Source of the DNA: Candidatus Saccharimonadales bacterium
GTDB lineage: Bacteria; Patescibacteriota; Saccharimonadia; Saccharimonadales; JACDBH01
Direction of reading: 5' to 3'
Length of the DNA stretch: 64,000 nucleotides
Assembly: GCA_041752595.1 (NCBI GenBank)
Contig: JBGSWE010000004.1
Location: 151,057 to 215,056, forward strand
This document shows, one piece after another, positions 8,377 to 18,479 of the stretch; positions within the stretch are counted from its first letter, which is position 1, and each line of letters opens with the position of its first letter. Position numbers and translations under genes: made by a program. The notes below the pieces were generated by a model. The model was given only the letters and a program-made list of their open reading frames with translations, searched no databases and was not told the DNA's origin.

Positions 8377-9282
8377 CTATTTCTTCTTTTTCGACGTTAT
8401 ATTCTTTGTGGTGTTTTTATATATTTTCTGAATCAGCCTCTGAAAAATATTAAGTATATTCAATCTTTGGCTGAATATAACTAAACCAATTATTACTAAC
8501 ACAATTGTATTAATCATCTGCATAATAAAGGGTTGCAAAAGAGCAGCTATCACAGAGTTTACTACGGGTCTAAGCTCTATGGTTGGTACTAGAGCAACGA
8601 GTGGTGGTGGTAATAATGGCCCGAATGCAATTCCTATAACTGAGCTTGCAATTATGACTCCGCCTGCTATGTATACACGTTTATTTAACGACTTCCTGCC
8701 TCTATAAACATATGCAATTAGCAAACCTAGGCCGCTTAACCAAAATATCGGGCCTAGCCAAAGCATAGATATGCTGAATTTATATATATCGGGTAAATCC
8801 TCTGAACTAAAAATTAATATTGAATCTGGAATGGAGTTTGGATCAAACGATACATCGCGTCCTAAAAGTTCTGCAAATGATACCAGGCCAGCTATTGGAG
8901 TTTTAATTGATAACAGGTCTATGGCAATTGGTTCAGGGTCTTCAGATGTTAAGTACGCATAACTTCTGTTGATAAGAGTATCAAAGGTTTGAGACGCAAA
9001 ATCTGTCCCTAATAGACCGGCAACCAGGGTTGTAGTTTTCTCGCCAACAGTTCGGTTAAGTAGTGGTCTGTCTTGGAGTGCCTTGTTTACAATAACCTTT
9101 GCAATAGCTTGTTTGTTTGATTCTGTTTGAAGTGTGGTACCAAGTATAGTAGTAAAAGTTTTTTGATCAAATATAGTGTGATTAATCCAAAAAGAACTCT
9201 GTGCAAGCAGAAGCAGAACACCTGCAAGTGCTAAAACCACAACTGATTTATATCTATTAACCCAATTAAATATTGGTTTCAT
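8377..9282 (-). CDS. Hypothetical membrane protein
   Basis: 301 aa with an N-terminal TM helix, an extracytoplasmic domain and several C-terminal TM helices. Confidence 0.5.
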   Translation of the reverse strand: MKPIFNWVNRYKSVVVLALAGVLLLLAQSSFWINHTIFDQKTFTTILGTTLQTESNKQAIAKVIVNKALQDRPLLNRTVGEKTTTLVAGLLGTDFASQTFDTLINRSYAYLTSEDPEPIAIDLLSIKTPIAGLVSFAELLGRDVSFDPNSIPDSILIFSSEDLPDIYKFSISMLWLGPIFWLSGLGLLIAYVYRGRKSLNKRVYIAGGVIIASSVIGIAFGPLLPPPLVALVPTIELRPVVNSVIAALLQPFIMQMINTIVLVIIGLVIFSQRLNILNIFQRLIQKIYKNTTKNITSKKKK

Positions 9283-9363
9283 ATATTTTTCCTATTTTAT
9301 TGTACGATACACCGCATTTTAATCTGTAGCAACTATTTTTTGCTATAATTAGCACAAGCAATT

Positions 9364-10116
9364 ATGAAAAAAACTAGAAAAATAAGTATTAAGAAAAATA
9401 AAGGTCGCAAATTTTCAATTAGCTACGGTAAAAAAACCATCAATCTTATTGCCAATAAGGTGATAATTTTTCGACTTATGCGTAATCTGCATGGTCGATT
9501 TTGGGGAGTGGCAGGTCTCGGTATCATGTTGCTTGGACTAATAGTTTGCTTACTAGTGCGTCCAGACATGTTTTTACTGTCAACTGCGTACAGCGAGTTT
9601 GGTCGTGATGTAAGGACGGCGCCGTATTTAGCCGTATCATTATTTTTCGGTGCATACGGTTTGTGGCGTTGGCGCAACTACCTAAGACGCACATTAAGGC
9701 ACGCTAGGCCAGTTACTACTTTGGTTGGCTTTACTGTTGCTGGTCTTTATATTGCCGCTCTTATGCCGATTGCATGGGAACCATGGCCATATCGCCTGCA
9801 TGTTTTTGGCGTGGCTTTAGCTGCTGTTAGTATGGCGCTGACAGTTGTTATCGACACATTGTTAACAAAAACTCGTAAAAATAAGCGTTTACAGCTTTGG
9901 AGAATGCTTAGGTTGGTTTCTTTTATTTTGATAGTTATTGGTGGTTATTTAACTCTTGGATCAAACAGTAACTTAAACTGGTTTCAGTTAGCATTATTAG
10001 GAGAGTTAATGATTTTCTTTGGTTATGGTATTTGGGTCATCGACAAAACATACAGAGGAGAAGGAGCAAGGTCATACTTCTCAAGATTATTAAGCAAAGT
10101 AGTACTGATTGACTAA
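9364..10116 (+). CDS. Hypothetical polytopic membrane protein
   Basis: 250 aa with about 6 TM helices. It converges on crtEb with a 4-nt 3' overlap. The start is uncertain, since the basic N-terminal 40 aa may not be translated. Confidence 0.45.
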   Translation: MKKTRKISIKKNKGRKFSISYGKKTINLIANKVIIFRLMRNLHGRFWGVAGLGIMLLGLIVCLLVRPDMFLLSTAYSEFGRDVRTAPYLAVSLFFGAYGLWRWRNYLRRTLRHARPVTTLVGFTVAGLYIAALMPIAWEPWPYRLHVFGVALAAVSMALTVVIDTLLTKTRKNKRLQLWRMLRLVSFILIVIGGYLTLGSNSNLNWFQLALLGELMIFFGYGIWVIDKTYRGEGARSYFSRLLSKVVLID

Positions 10117-10970
10117 ACCAAGTGTGTGTTAATGAGTAATATCGTAATAACAAAACCAACAAAGTAGTTTAATTTCATGAATCTTTTCCAGCCTCTATTT
10201 GAAAGTGATGATTTAGCATCAGATATATCCCAGTAAGGCAGTATATTAAATACGTAACTAAATCCCACTATACCTACAATCATCGGACCTGTGCCCTTAA
10301 GCAGTAAAAGTTCACAAGCTACTAAATAAAGCACTATACTTAGTCTTACGGTCCACTTAGCACCTAAAAAAGTCGCTATAGACGATATATTAGCTTTTCT
10401 ATCGGGAACAATGTCCTGAACTGCTCCAAATGCATGACTAGCCATACCCCACAAGAAAAAGCTTACTACGAATGGTAGATAGTATTGGTCCCAGCCAGTT
10501 AAAGCAATTGCGTATAACAATGGTCCTGCAAAATGTGCTGCAGATGTAGCCGAATCTAGAACTGGCCTTTCTTTAAACCTTAGATATGGCAAACTGTAGG
10601 CTAAGACCATAAAAATCACCAGCAATAAAACTGTATTTGCACCTACACTTCCCTGAGAAATCATCCAGAATATAAAAGGTATATTTAGTAATATTGCTGA
10701 TATAAGAGTTGTTTTATGTAGTGACTTCTCAAGGACTACACCTTCTAAGCCTGATTTCCTGGGATTACGTTTGTCAGATTCATAATCAAAAACGTCATTA
10801 ACCCCATACATTAATAAATTATAAGGAATAAGAAAATACAGAGTACCAATAATGAATAACTTATCTACTTCACCGCCAGTTACTAAATAGGCTGCTCCAA
10901 AAGGAAATGCTGTATTCACCCAAGAAATGGGTCTAGAAGACATAATTAATCGTTTAATTGTGTGGATCAT
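10113..10970 (-). CDS. crtEb: UbiA-family prenyltransferase, lycopene-elongase-like
   Basis: 285 aa, polytopic. It has the Asp-rich motifs NDVFDYESD and QDIVPDRK. It is the last gene of the crt operon and has a TAATG overlap with the upstream gene. Confidence 0.7.
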   Translation of the reverse strand: MIHTIKRLIMSSRPISWVNTAFPFGAAYLVTGGEVDKLFIIGTLYFLIPYNLLMYGVNDVFDYESDKRNPRKSGLEGVVLEKSLHKTTLISAILLNIPFIFWMISQGSVGANTVLLLVIFMVLAYSLPYLRFKERPVLDSATSAAHFAGPLLYAIALTGWDQYYLPFVVSFFLWGMASHAFGAVQDIVPDRKANISSIATFLGAKWTVRLSIVLYLVACELLLLKGTGPMIVGIVGFSYVFNILPYWDISDAKSSLSNRGWKRFMKLNYFVGFVITILLINTHLV

Positions 10971-11257
10971 TATTCTTTACTCCCCAAATATTTCCATACA
11001 GTAGGTATTATCATCATACCTGCTATTGTATACGCAAAATCTTCAATTGGGGCCATTCCTATAAAAAGATTAAGGTAACTATCATCATTATAGGCAACTA
11101 TTTCGTTACCAACAATTAGTGAGTCAAAAATTGCTGTCATAACAAGAAGTACTAATGTAGCCAAGAACCATTTTTTATTAAACAGATCTTTATTATAAAA
11201 CCATGTAATTAGAAAAACGATTAAGACAATTATTGAATTTAGTATCAAGTATCTCAT
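10970..11257 (-). CDS. Lycopene-cyclase-domain small subunit (CrtYf/CrtYd-like)
   Basis: 3 TM helices and an APIEDFAY motif. I place the start at Met17 of the tracked ORF, because that ATG forms an ATGA overlap (11254-11257) with the upstream stop. Confidence 0.7.
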   Translation of the reverse strand: MRYLILNSIIVLIVFLITWFYNKDLFNKKWFLATLVLLVMTAIFDSLIVGNEIVAYNDDSYLNLFIGMAPIEDFAYTIAGMMIIPTVWKYLGSKE

Positions 11258-11565
11258 TCTACTTTTCCTAATGATTTTCGCCACACTAGTAATATGGTGT
11301 AGCAAAGTAGTAATAAAAAGAATAACTCCTCGATTGGCACTTCATACATTACTCTAATTCCCGTAAGGTATCTAGCTGATCCAACATAAAATATATTTAA
11401 AACTACCCCCAAAATATCCCAAATTAAGAAAAAACCAATTGAAACGATAAGTGTTATTAGAGTTCTTTTTCTATCAACAAAGAATGCAAGTTTGTACCTA
11501 TAGTCTGCTAATGATAGCCCTGCTATAGAAATAATTAACAGAAATAAATATAAGAATTTGATCAT
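11254..11565 (-). CDS. Lycopene-cyclase-domain small subunit (CrtYe/CrtYc-like)
   Basis: 103 aa with 3 TM helices. It has LADYRYKLAFF near the N-terminus and a VPIEELFF motif (the PxEE of the heterodimeric cyclase family). Confidence 0.7.
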   Translation of the reverse strand: MIKFLYLFLLIISIAGLSLADYRYKLAFFVDRKRTLITLIVSIGFFLIWDILGVVLNIFYVGSARYLTGIRVMYEVPIEELFFLLLLCYTILLVWRKSLGKVE

Positions 11566-13097
11566 TAAATTTTTGGTAGTTTTGTTAACGGCGATGAAGA
11601 CCGATCATTTGATAAATGTTTAACAATTAATTCTGCGCTTATTAAGCACATTGGCAAACCAACACCAGGAATTGTGTTGCCGCCTACGTAGTATAGATTA
11701 TTAACTTTTTTACTCTTGTTTCTTGGCCTAAACAGGGCACTTTGTCGAAGTGTATGGCTAAGTCCTAAGGCGCTACCCTGCCAAGAGTTGTAATCGTTTG
11801 TAAAATCAGTTGGAGTATAGGTCTGCTTATAAACTATACGACTATCTAGATCTGGTTCGCCAATAACATGTTTGAACTGTTCGTAATATTGTTTAACGAG
11901 CTTAGTTCGCTCAGACTTAGACATATCTCTAGCTGGTAAAGGTACAAGAATGAATATGTTTTCATGCCCTTTTGGTGCTACGGAATTATCTGTAGCACTG
12001 GGTTTACAGACATAAATTGATGCCGGAGTGGGCCAATCTTTTGTTTCAAATATTTCTTTAAAGTTTTTCTTCCAATCCTTAGTAAAGTATAGATTATGAT
12101 GCTCTAATTGAGGCAATGATCCTTTGACTCCAATGTAGTAAAGCAGCGCAGAGGGTCCGGCAGTGCGTTTCCCCCAATATTTTGCAGGATAAGATTGGTG
12201 ACTCGCGTCTAGCAATTTTGTTTCTGTGAAATGTAGATCGGCATTACTAATCACAATATCCGATTTAATAACCTCACCACTCATAAGTTCAATGGCTGTT
12301 GCACGTTTGTCTTTAACAATAATCTTTTTGACTGGAGCGCTAGTAATCATATTCACGCCGAGTTTTTTAGCTATGCCAATTAGCGAGTCTATTACGTTGT
12401 ATATACCACCCTTAGGATAGAAAACTCCTTCTTCGAAATCCATATAACTCATTAAATGATAAAGTGCCGGTGCATTATATGGTGAGGCACCTAAGAAAAC
12501 CATTGGGTATTCTAGTATTTGTTTCAGTCTTTGATCTTCAAAATATTTACTTACATAATTATCGATAGATTGAGTAGCAACAGAAGCCATGAACGGACCG
12601 CTTTTTAATATGCTTGGTTTAGTAAAACCTTTTACACCGTTAAAATTAGTGTATAAAAAGGAATCAATTGCAGTTAAGTAGGTACCCTTGGCTCTAGAAA
12701 CATATTTTTCTAGCGATTCCCCACTTCCTTGCTCAATAGATTCAAAAGTTTTAGAGTCTAGTTTTAAATTACCGGCTACAGTAATTGGTTCATTATCCTC
12801 AAAAAATACTTTATATGCAGGACTAAGTTTTTGAAGCTTCAAATGCTTATTAATGTCTTCACCAATTAGCTCATAAAAATGCTCAAACACTTTTGGCATC
12901 AAATACCACGATGGACCCATATCAAAAGTAAAGCCATCTATTTTGAACTGTCTTGCCCTACCCCCTAGATTATCTAGTTTTTCATAGAGGCTGACTTCGT
13001 GGCCTTGTTTTGCAAGTAATATGGCTGTTGCTATACCACCAATACCTCCACCGATAATTGTTACAGTTTTAGAATTATCAGACATTTTAGGATACAA
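11565..13097 (-). CDS. crtI: Phytoene desaturase
   Basis: 510 aa. N-terminal FAD Rossmann motif TIIGGGIGGIATAILLAKQGHEVSLYEKLDNLGGRA, and a C-terminal GGNTIPGVGLP. Confidence 0.9.
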   Translation of the reverse strand: MYPKMSDNSKTVTIIGGGIGGIATAILLAKQGHEVSLYEKLDNLGGRARQFKIDGFTFDMGPSWYLMPKVFEHFYELIGEDINKHLKLQKLSPAYKVFFEDNEPITVAGNLKLDSKTFESIEQGSGESLEKYVSRAKGTYLTAIDSFLYTNFNGVKGFTKPSILKSGPFMASVATQSIDNYVSKYFEDQRLKQILEYPMVFLGASPYNAPALYHLMSYMDFEEGVFYPKGGIYNVIDSLIGIAKKLGVNMITSAPVKKIIVKDKRATAIELMSGEVIKSDIVISNADLHFTETKLLDASHQSYPAKYWGKRTAGPSALLYYIGVKGSLPQLEHHNLYFTKDWKKNFKEIFETKDWPTPASIYVCKPSATDNSVAPKGHENIFILVPLPARDMSKSERTKLVKQYYEQFKHVIGEPDLDSRIVYKQTYTPTDFTNDYNSWQGSALGLSHTLRQSALFRPRNKSKKVNNLYYVGGNTIPGVGLPMCLISAELIVKHLSNDRSSSPLTKLPKI

Positions 13098-13929
13098 CTC
13101 TATTTAGTGAATTCTTTGCACGTACAGATGCTAATATCTGTGCTTTTTTTAAATCAGTTATACGCACACGAGAAGTAGAGATGATACTAGCTGGTGTTTC
13201 GTCTAATTTTATTAACAGGGCAAAATAATAACGTGTTGCAACAGTGACTGCTGTTTTAGAGTTTTTTGGTAGTTGGTGTAGTGCGGGGATTGAGTGTGAA
13301 AAATCATGCTTAATATCTAAAACTATCTTATCTTTTGTAGCGTCATCTAGAATATTATTTTTGACTTCTGGAAAATACGAACGACCTAGTGTGCGAGTAT
13401 CCTCAGCAAAGTCACGCAAAAAATTCACTTTTTGAAATGCTGCCCCTAATGCTTCTGCCCCAGGCTTAAGGTGTGCATAGGTAGATTCATTGCCATCGGT
13501 AAAAACTCTTAAGCACATCAGTCCGACAACCTGGGCGGAGCCATAAATGTATTTATCATAAAGTGCTCTAGTGTATTTGACTGGCGGCGTAATATCCATC
13601 TCCATGCTACTAAGAAATGGATCTATAAGTTCACTGCCGAATTTGTACTGTTTTGCAGTTGCTACAAAGCTGTGAATAATTGGATTTGTACTAAAACCTG
13701 TTTCTAGAGCTCGGTAGGTGTCTTTTTTGAAGTTATCTAAGACTTCTCTTGCATCATCTCCTTTATAGGTGTCTACTATTTCATCTGCAACCCTAACCCA
13801 ACCATATATATTGAAAATGTGAGGCCTAATACTAGAATCATATAACCTCGATGCTGAGCCAAACGAAGTAGAGTATCGAATAGTTAATAGTCTTGATAGT
13901 TCAGCTGCTACGCTAGTGTAAGTATCCAT
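13087..13929 (-). CDS. crtB: Phytoene synthase
   Basis: 280 aa. It has the squalene/phytoene synthase signatures YGWVRVADEIVD, YGSAQVVGLMCLRVF and QKVNFLRDFAED. Confidence 0.9.
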   Translation of the reverse strand: MDTYTSVAAELSRLLTIRYSTSFGSASRLYDSSIRPHIFNIYGWVRVADEIVDTYKGDDAREVLDNFKKDTYRALETGFSTNPIIHSFVATAKQYKFGSELIDPFLSSMEMDITPPVKYTRALYDKYIYGSAQVVGLMCLRVFTDGNESTYAHLKPGAEALGAAFQKVNFLRDFAEDTRTLGRSYFPEVKNNILDDATKDKIVLDIKHDFSHSIPALHQLPKNSKTAVTVATRYYFALLIKLDETPASIISTSRVRITDLKKAQILASVRAKNSLNRVVS

Positions 13930-13930
13930 A

Positions 13931-15034
13931 TTATTTATTTCTTACAGTCATTGCTTTTACTAGATCATGATATAAGGCTTTTGATTCTTCGCTAATACTT
14001 AATGACGCTATTAACTCGTTTGCTTTATTAGCTAATTCGCTAATTTTTTGTTCGGCAGCCGCTTTGGCGCCGCATTCAATAAATATTTTACGAATTTCAT
14101 CGGCTTGTTCGGCTGTGACTAATTTATTTCCATAATTACTGGCTACAAAGGCTTGCTGTTGATCATCCATAAGTTTCCGAGCGTTTTGAGCCATCCAGGT
14201 TCTTCGGCCTTCGCGAATATCGCCAATAGTGCTTTTGCCGGTAATGTTTTCGTCACCGAATACTCCAAGTAAATCATCACTTAATTGAAATGCAACACCA
14301 AGTTGCATGCCTAAATATTTTAATTTATCAAGCTCTTCATTTGATTGTTCTGAAAGAACAGCGCCAAATAGTAATGGCGTAACAAACGAATAATGCGCAG
14401 TTTTAGTTCGACTGACAGTTATTGGATCGGTTTCTTCTTCAGGATAAAGGATCGCTTCTGTATCAATTAATTCACCGCCAGAAACTGTAAAGATTGCTTC
14501 TGTAAGAAGATTTTGAGCCAATATTTTCTGCTGAGGTGAAAAATTAGTTTCATTAATGAGTTGATAAGAAGCGGAGATGTTTATATCGCCTGCTAGAATT
14601 GCCGCAGAGGTAGAAAAATGATCAATGTCTTCACCGGCTATATCTTGATAAATTTTTTTATATTGACCAGCAACATTAGGTACCCCATAACGAACAAAAT
14701 CTCTATCGATAATATCGTCGTGAATTAACATTGCGGTATGTATCATTTCAAGTGAGGCACCAGCCTTACATATATCGAGATATTCAAGACCTCCATAAGC
14801 TTCGTAGGTTATAACTGCAATGTATGGACGCATTCTTTTACCACCAGCCCTAGACAGATTATGAATTACATCTATTAGCGTTTTGAATCTTGGGTGAATC
14901 AAACCCGCTTTTGAGGAACTGAGTGAATAATAATCATCAATTATTTTATTTACATGTTCAATAGTTTCTTCTTTCTTATGAATGAAGGTATTACCAGTTG
15001 TTAATTGATCTTTTTGTGATGAGGTTGGTTTCAT
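13931..15034 (-). CDS. crtE: Polyprenyl (geranylgeranyl) diphosphate synthase
   Basis: 367 aa. It has the first and second Asp-rich motifs LIHDDIIDRD and QLSDDLLGVFGD. Confidence 0.85.
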   Translation of the reverse strand: MKPTSSQKDQLTTGNTFIHKKEETIEHVNKIIDDYYSLSSSKAGLIHPRFKTLIDVIHNLSRAGGKRMRPYIAVITYEAYGGLEYLDICKAGASLEMIHTAMLIHDDIIDRDFVRYGVPNVAGQYKKIYQDIAGEDIDHFSTSAAILAGDINISASYQLINETNFSPQQKILAQNLLTEAIFTVSGGELIDTEAILYPEEETDPITVSRTKTAHYSFVTPLLFGAVLSEQSNEELDKLKYLGMQLGVAFQLSDDLLGVFGDENITGKSTIGDIREGRRTWMAQNARKLMDDQQQAFVASNYGNKLVTAEQADEIRKIFIECGAKAAAEQKISELANKANELIASLSISEESKALYHDLVKAMTVRNK

Positions 15035-15096
15035 AAATATAATTGATTATATTATATCGCGACCTTTGATTTCTTGCTAGGTTTAGACTACTCTAA

Positions 15097-15125
15097 TTGA
15101 CAATTATTAAAAAGTGTGCTATAAT
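15097..15125 (+). promoter_or_regulatory. Consensus sigma70-type promoter
   Basis: TTGACA (15097-15102), a 17-nt spacer ending in TGc, then TATAAT (15120-15125). It lies 66 nt upstream of the 15192 start. Confidence 0.6.
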
Positions 15126-15191
15126 TATATAAATAGGATCAAATATAAACTAAATTGGTAAATTATTTAAATAATTACTAGAATACAATAA

Positions 15192-16118
15192 ATGCAAGAT
15201 AAATTTCCGAAAATACCGGCTGAGTACATAGTGCCCCTTAATATGAATGGATTAAGGGGTCGCATGTTGCGTATGCCTGCACCAAAAGGTAAAAAGCGCG
15301 AAGTATTACTGATCTATGGACATCACGCCAGTTTAGAGAGAATGTACAGTATCGCAGAGGTTATTAATGATTACGCGGGTGTTACTATGCCGGATCTGCC
15401 AGGTTTTGGTGGTATGGATAGTTTTTATAAAATCGGAGAAAAACCCGACATTAACACCATGGCAGATTATTTGGCATCGATTATTAAGATGCAATATAGG
15501 GGTAAAAGATTGTCTATAGCTGGAATATCCTACGGCTTCATTATTGTAACCAGGATGTTACAAAGATATCCTGAAATAGCAAAGAAAGTAGATTTACTAA
15601 TTAGCGTAGTTGGATTTGCTCACCACGAAGATTTTGTGTTTAGCCCAAATCGTTTTAGGTTTTATAAATATGGAGCTAAATTCTTTTCTTATCCTATTAC
15701 GGCTAGTTTATTTAGAAATATTGCCCTCCACCCTACAGTTCTTCGTAATTTATATAGCAAAACACATAATGCCAAACATAAGTTTGCCGATCTTGAGCCC
15801 GAAGAAGCTAAGATACTAACTGAATTTGAAGTACATCTTTGGCGCATAAATGACGTCAGAACCTACATGGCCACTAGTTATAGTTTCTTGACATTTAATA
15901 ACTGTGAATCAAGAATTGACTTGCCCGTTTGGCATATTGGCGTAGAAATGGATAATTATTTTGATAACGACGTTGTAGAGCAACACATGAGAGTGATATT
16001 TAATGATTTTCAATATGTCGCAGCTCCTGTAAAAAAACATATGCCAAATGTTATTGCAGGTAAAAAAGAGTCTGCTAAAATTTTCCCTGCCAAAATCAGA
16101 AAACTACTGGCGTCTTAA
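15192..16118 (+). CDS. Alpha/beta-fold hydrolase
   Basis: 308 aa. It has a nucleophile elbow GISYG and an LLIYGHH oxyanion region. Confidence 0.6.
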   Translation: MQDKFPKIPAEYIVPLNMNGLRGRMLRMPAPKGKKREVLLIYGHHASLERMYSIAEVINDYAGVTMPDLPGFGGMDSFYKIGEKPDINTMADYLASIIKMQYRGKRLSIAGISYGFIIVTRMLQRYPEIAKKVDLLISVVGFAHHEDFVFSPNRFRFYKYGAKFFSYPITASLFRNIALHPTVLRNLYSKTHNAKHKFADLEPEEAKILTEFEVHLWRINDVRTYMATSYSFLTFNNCESRIDLPVWHIGVEMDNYFDNDVVEQHMRVIFNDFQYVAAPVKKHMPNVIAGKKESAKIFPAKIRKLLAS

Positions 16119-16219
16119 ATAATAAAAGTTTGTGGTACTATTAGTTCAATAATTCTCGTTAAAGTAAACGAGTATATGTAATGATATCGAGCAAGTTTTC
16201 TTGTAAAGGAAAAACATAG

Positions 16220-17350
16220 ATGAAAATTGGACTAGTTTGCCCGTATGATTTCTTTAGGCACGGTGCTGTACAGAAATTGGTTATATTACTAGACGAAGAA
16301 CTTACATCAAGGGGTCATGATGTTCGAATTATCACCCCTAGGCCTAGGAATTATGACGGAGAAGTACCAGCTAGAACTATCTTTGTAGGTCGTTCTGCAA
16401 AATGGAATACTCCCCTTAAGACAACCCTTGAGGTTGGTATGAGTTTTGAGCCAAATGGACTTGAAGAAATGCTAGAAGCTGAAAACTTCGATGTTATACA
16501 TGTTCATGAACCTGAAATACCAGTATTGGGCGCACAAATAGCGTCTAGGGCCAATTGCCCAATTATTGCTACCTTTCATGCGACTCTTCCCGAAACAATA
16601 ATGGCACGCACTGTAGAATTATTTAGAATTCCTTATTCAAGATCAATATTTAGAAATCTTGCTGCAATGACTGCTGTATCTGAAAGTGCTGCAAAGTTTG
16701 TTCGTGAATGGTCTGGCCAAGAAGTTTCCTTAGTACCAAATTATATTGACCTCGAAATGTACAGGAAGGTAAAAAACACTAAACGTGATCCTAATACTAT
16801 TCTTTATCTGGGCAGGCTCGAAAAACGTAAAGGTGTAAAGTATTTACTTGAAGCTTTTGCTGAACTTGCAGAGAGAGATAAAAAAGTCCGTTTAGTAATA
16901 GCTGGTGATGGTCGTGAGAGGGAAAAATTAGAAGACTGGGTAAAAAATCATAAAGTACCTAGAGTTAAATTTATGGGAGCTATTTCTGAGTCTAAAAAAG
17001 TTAGCTTACTAAAAAGCGCTTCAGTGTTTTGTTCACCTGCAATTTACGGCGAAAGCTTTGGGGTAGTATTACTCGAAGCAATGGCTGCAAACACCCCGAC
17101 AGTAGCTGGAGACAATGCAGGATATCAGTGTGTAATGGTTGATACTGGTTTATTATCGCTAGTTAATCCAAAAGATACTACTGATTTTGCAAGGAGACTT
17201 GAAGTGTTCCTGCGAAATGAAAAAGTTAAAAATCTATGGCTTGAATGGGCAAAAGAGTATGTTGAGAATTTTGATAGTATTTCTGTAATTGATAAGTATG
17301 AAGCAGTTTATATAAAGGCAGTAAATAAACGTGCTAAATTAAAATCATGA
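16220..17350 (+). CDS. GT4-family glycosyltransferase
   Basis: 376 aa. It has the retaining GT-B E-x7-E motif (ESFGVVLLEAMAANTP). Confidence 0.8.
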   Translation: MKIGLVCPYDFFRHGAVQKLVILLDEELTSRGHDVRIITPRPRNYDGEVPARTIFVGRSAKWNTPLKTTLEVGMSFEPNGLEEMLEAENFDVIHVHEPEIPVLGAQIASRANCPIIATFHATLPETIMARTVELFRIPYSRSIFRNLAAMTAVSESAAKFVREWSGQEVSLVPNYIDLEMYRKVKNTKRDPNTILYLGRLEKRKGVKYLLEAFAELAERDKKVRLVIAGDGREREKLEDWVKNHKVPRVKFMGAISESKKVSLLKSASVFCSPAIYGESFGVVLLEAMAANTPTVAGDNAGYQCVMVDTGLLSLVNPKDTTDFARRLEVFLRNEKVKNLWLEWAKEYVENFDSISVIDKYEAVYIKAVNKRAKLKS

Positions 17351-18465
17351 AAATTGGCTTTGTATTAGACGATACCCTAGATAAAACCGATGGTGTTCAA
17401 CAGCATGTTTTAACTGTCGGTTCTTGGCTATCCAAGCAGGGTCATGAGGTTCATTACTTGGTTGCAAACACTACTCGAACAGATATAAACAACGTTCATA
17501 GCTTGGGCAGATTCGTAAACACTAAATACAATAAAAATAACGTTAGAACTCCATTGCCAGCAAATAAAAGAGTTATAAAAAAATTATTAAAAGAAGAAAA
17601 TTTCGATGTTTTACATGTTCAACTTCCCTATAGTCCATTTTTAGCTAAGCAAGCAATAAAAAACGCTTCTAATACAACTGCAGTAATTGGAACCTTTCAT
17701 ATTTTGCCAGCTTCTAGGTTGCATGGATATTCAAACAAAATTTTACGCGTAATGTTGGGTAAAAGCTTAAAACGCTTCGATAGTATTGTCGCCGTGAGTG
17801 AACCGGCTGTTCATTTTGCAAGAAAGGCTTATGGAATTAGTGCTACCTATTTACCTAATCCAATTGATGTTTCTTCTTTTAGAACCGGCAAAAGACTAGG
17901 TGAGTTTAGCTCTAAGAAGCTAAATATCGTATTTTTGGGAAGATTAGTTAAACGAAAAGGCATCATTGAGTTAGTAAAGGCCTTTAATGCTTTGCCTAGT
18001 GAAAAGGCAGATAAGTGTAGATTAATTATATGCGGTAAAGGTCCTTTAAAAAACAAAGCTAAATCTTTAGTTGGAACTGATAGAGATGTTATATTTACAG
18101 GCTTTGTTAGTGAAAAGGATAAACCTAATTATCTTGCTTCTGCTGATATTGCAGTTTTTCCTTCTTTAGGAGGTGAAAGTTTTGGAATCGTTTTGATAGA
18201 AGCAATGGCTTCCGGATCAAAGGTAGTAATTGGCGGAAATAATCCGGGATATAGTAGCATATTGGGTGCTCAGCCCTACTTACTATTCAACCCGAACGAT
18301 CAAGAAAATTTTGTTTCTCAGCTTGGTATGTTCATTAATGATGATGTGATGAGAGAAAAAATGTATATTTGGCAACAAGAGACTGTCGAACAATACGATA
18401 TTAGTATAGTTGGTAAAAAGTTGATAGATATCTACCTACAGGCATTGAATAGTAGGCGTGGCTAG
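17347..18465 (+). CDS. GT4-family glycosyltransferase
   Basis: 372 aa. ATGA overlap with the upstream gene. E-x7-E motif ESFGIVLIEAMASGSK. Confidence 0.8.
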   Translation: MKIGFVLDDTLDKTDGVQQHVLTVGSWLSKQGHEVHYLVANTTRTDINNVHSLGRFVNTKYNKNNVRTPLPANKRVIKKLLKEENFDVLHVQLPYSPFLAKQAIKNASNTTAVIGTFHILPASRLHGYSNKILRVMLGKSLKRFDSIVAVSEPAVHFARKAYGISATYLPNPIDVSSFRTGKRLGEFSSKKLNIVFLGRLVKRKGIIELVKAFNALPSEKADKCRLIICGKGPLKNKAKSLVGTDRDVIFTGFVSEKDKPNYLASADIAVFPSLGGESFGIVLIEAMASGSKVVIGGNNPGYSSILGAQPYLLFNPNDQENFVSQLGMFINDDVMREKMYIWQQETVEQYDISIVGKKLIDIYLQALNSRRG

Positions 18466-18479
18466 TAGATAATAAATAT

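Noticed and set aside
9364-10116. Could the 250-aa membrane protein next to crtEb be the missing Brp/Blh beta-carotene cleavage enzyme?
   Set aside because: I could not find the conserved His-containing motifs expected of Brp/Blh (for example a PHGA-like motif and an HFG motif). The protein looks like a generic polytopic membrane protein. An HMM search is still needed to settle this.
10970-11305. The 111-aa long form of the second cyclase subunit, which overlaps the first by 52 nt.
   Set aside because: The internal Met17 forms a canonical ATGA overlap with the upstream stop. It also removes a non-hydrophobic basic N-terminal extension that is atypical for this family.
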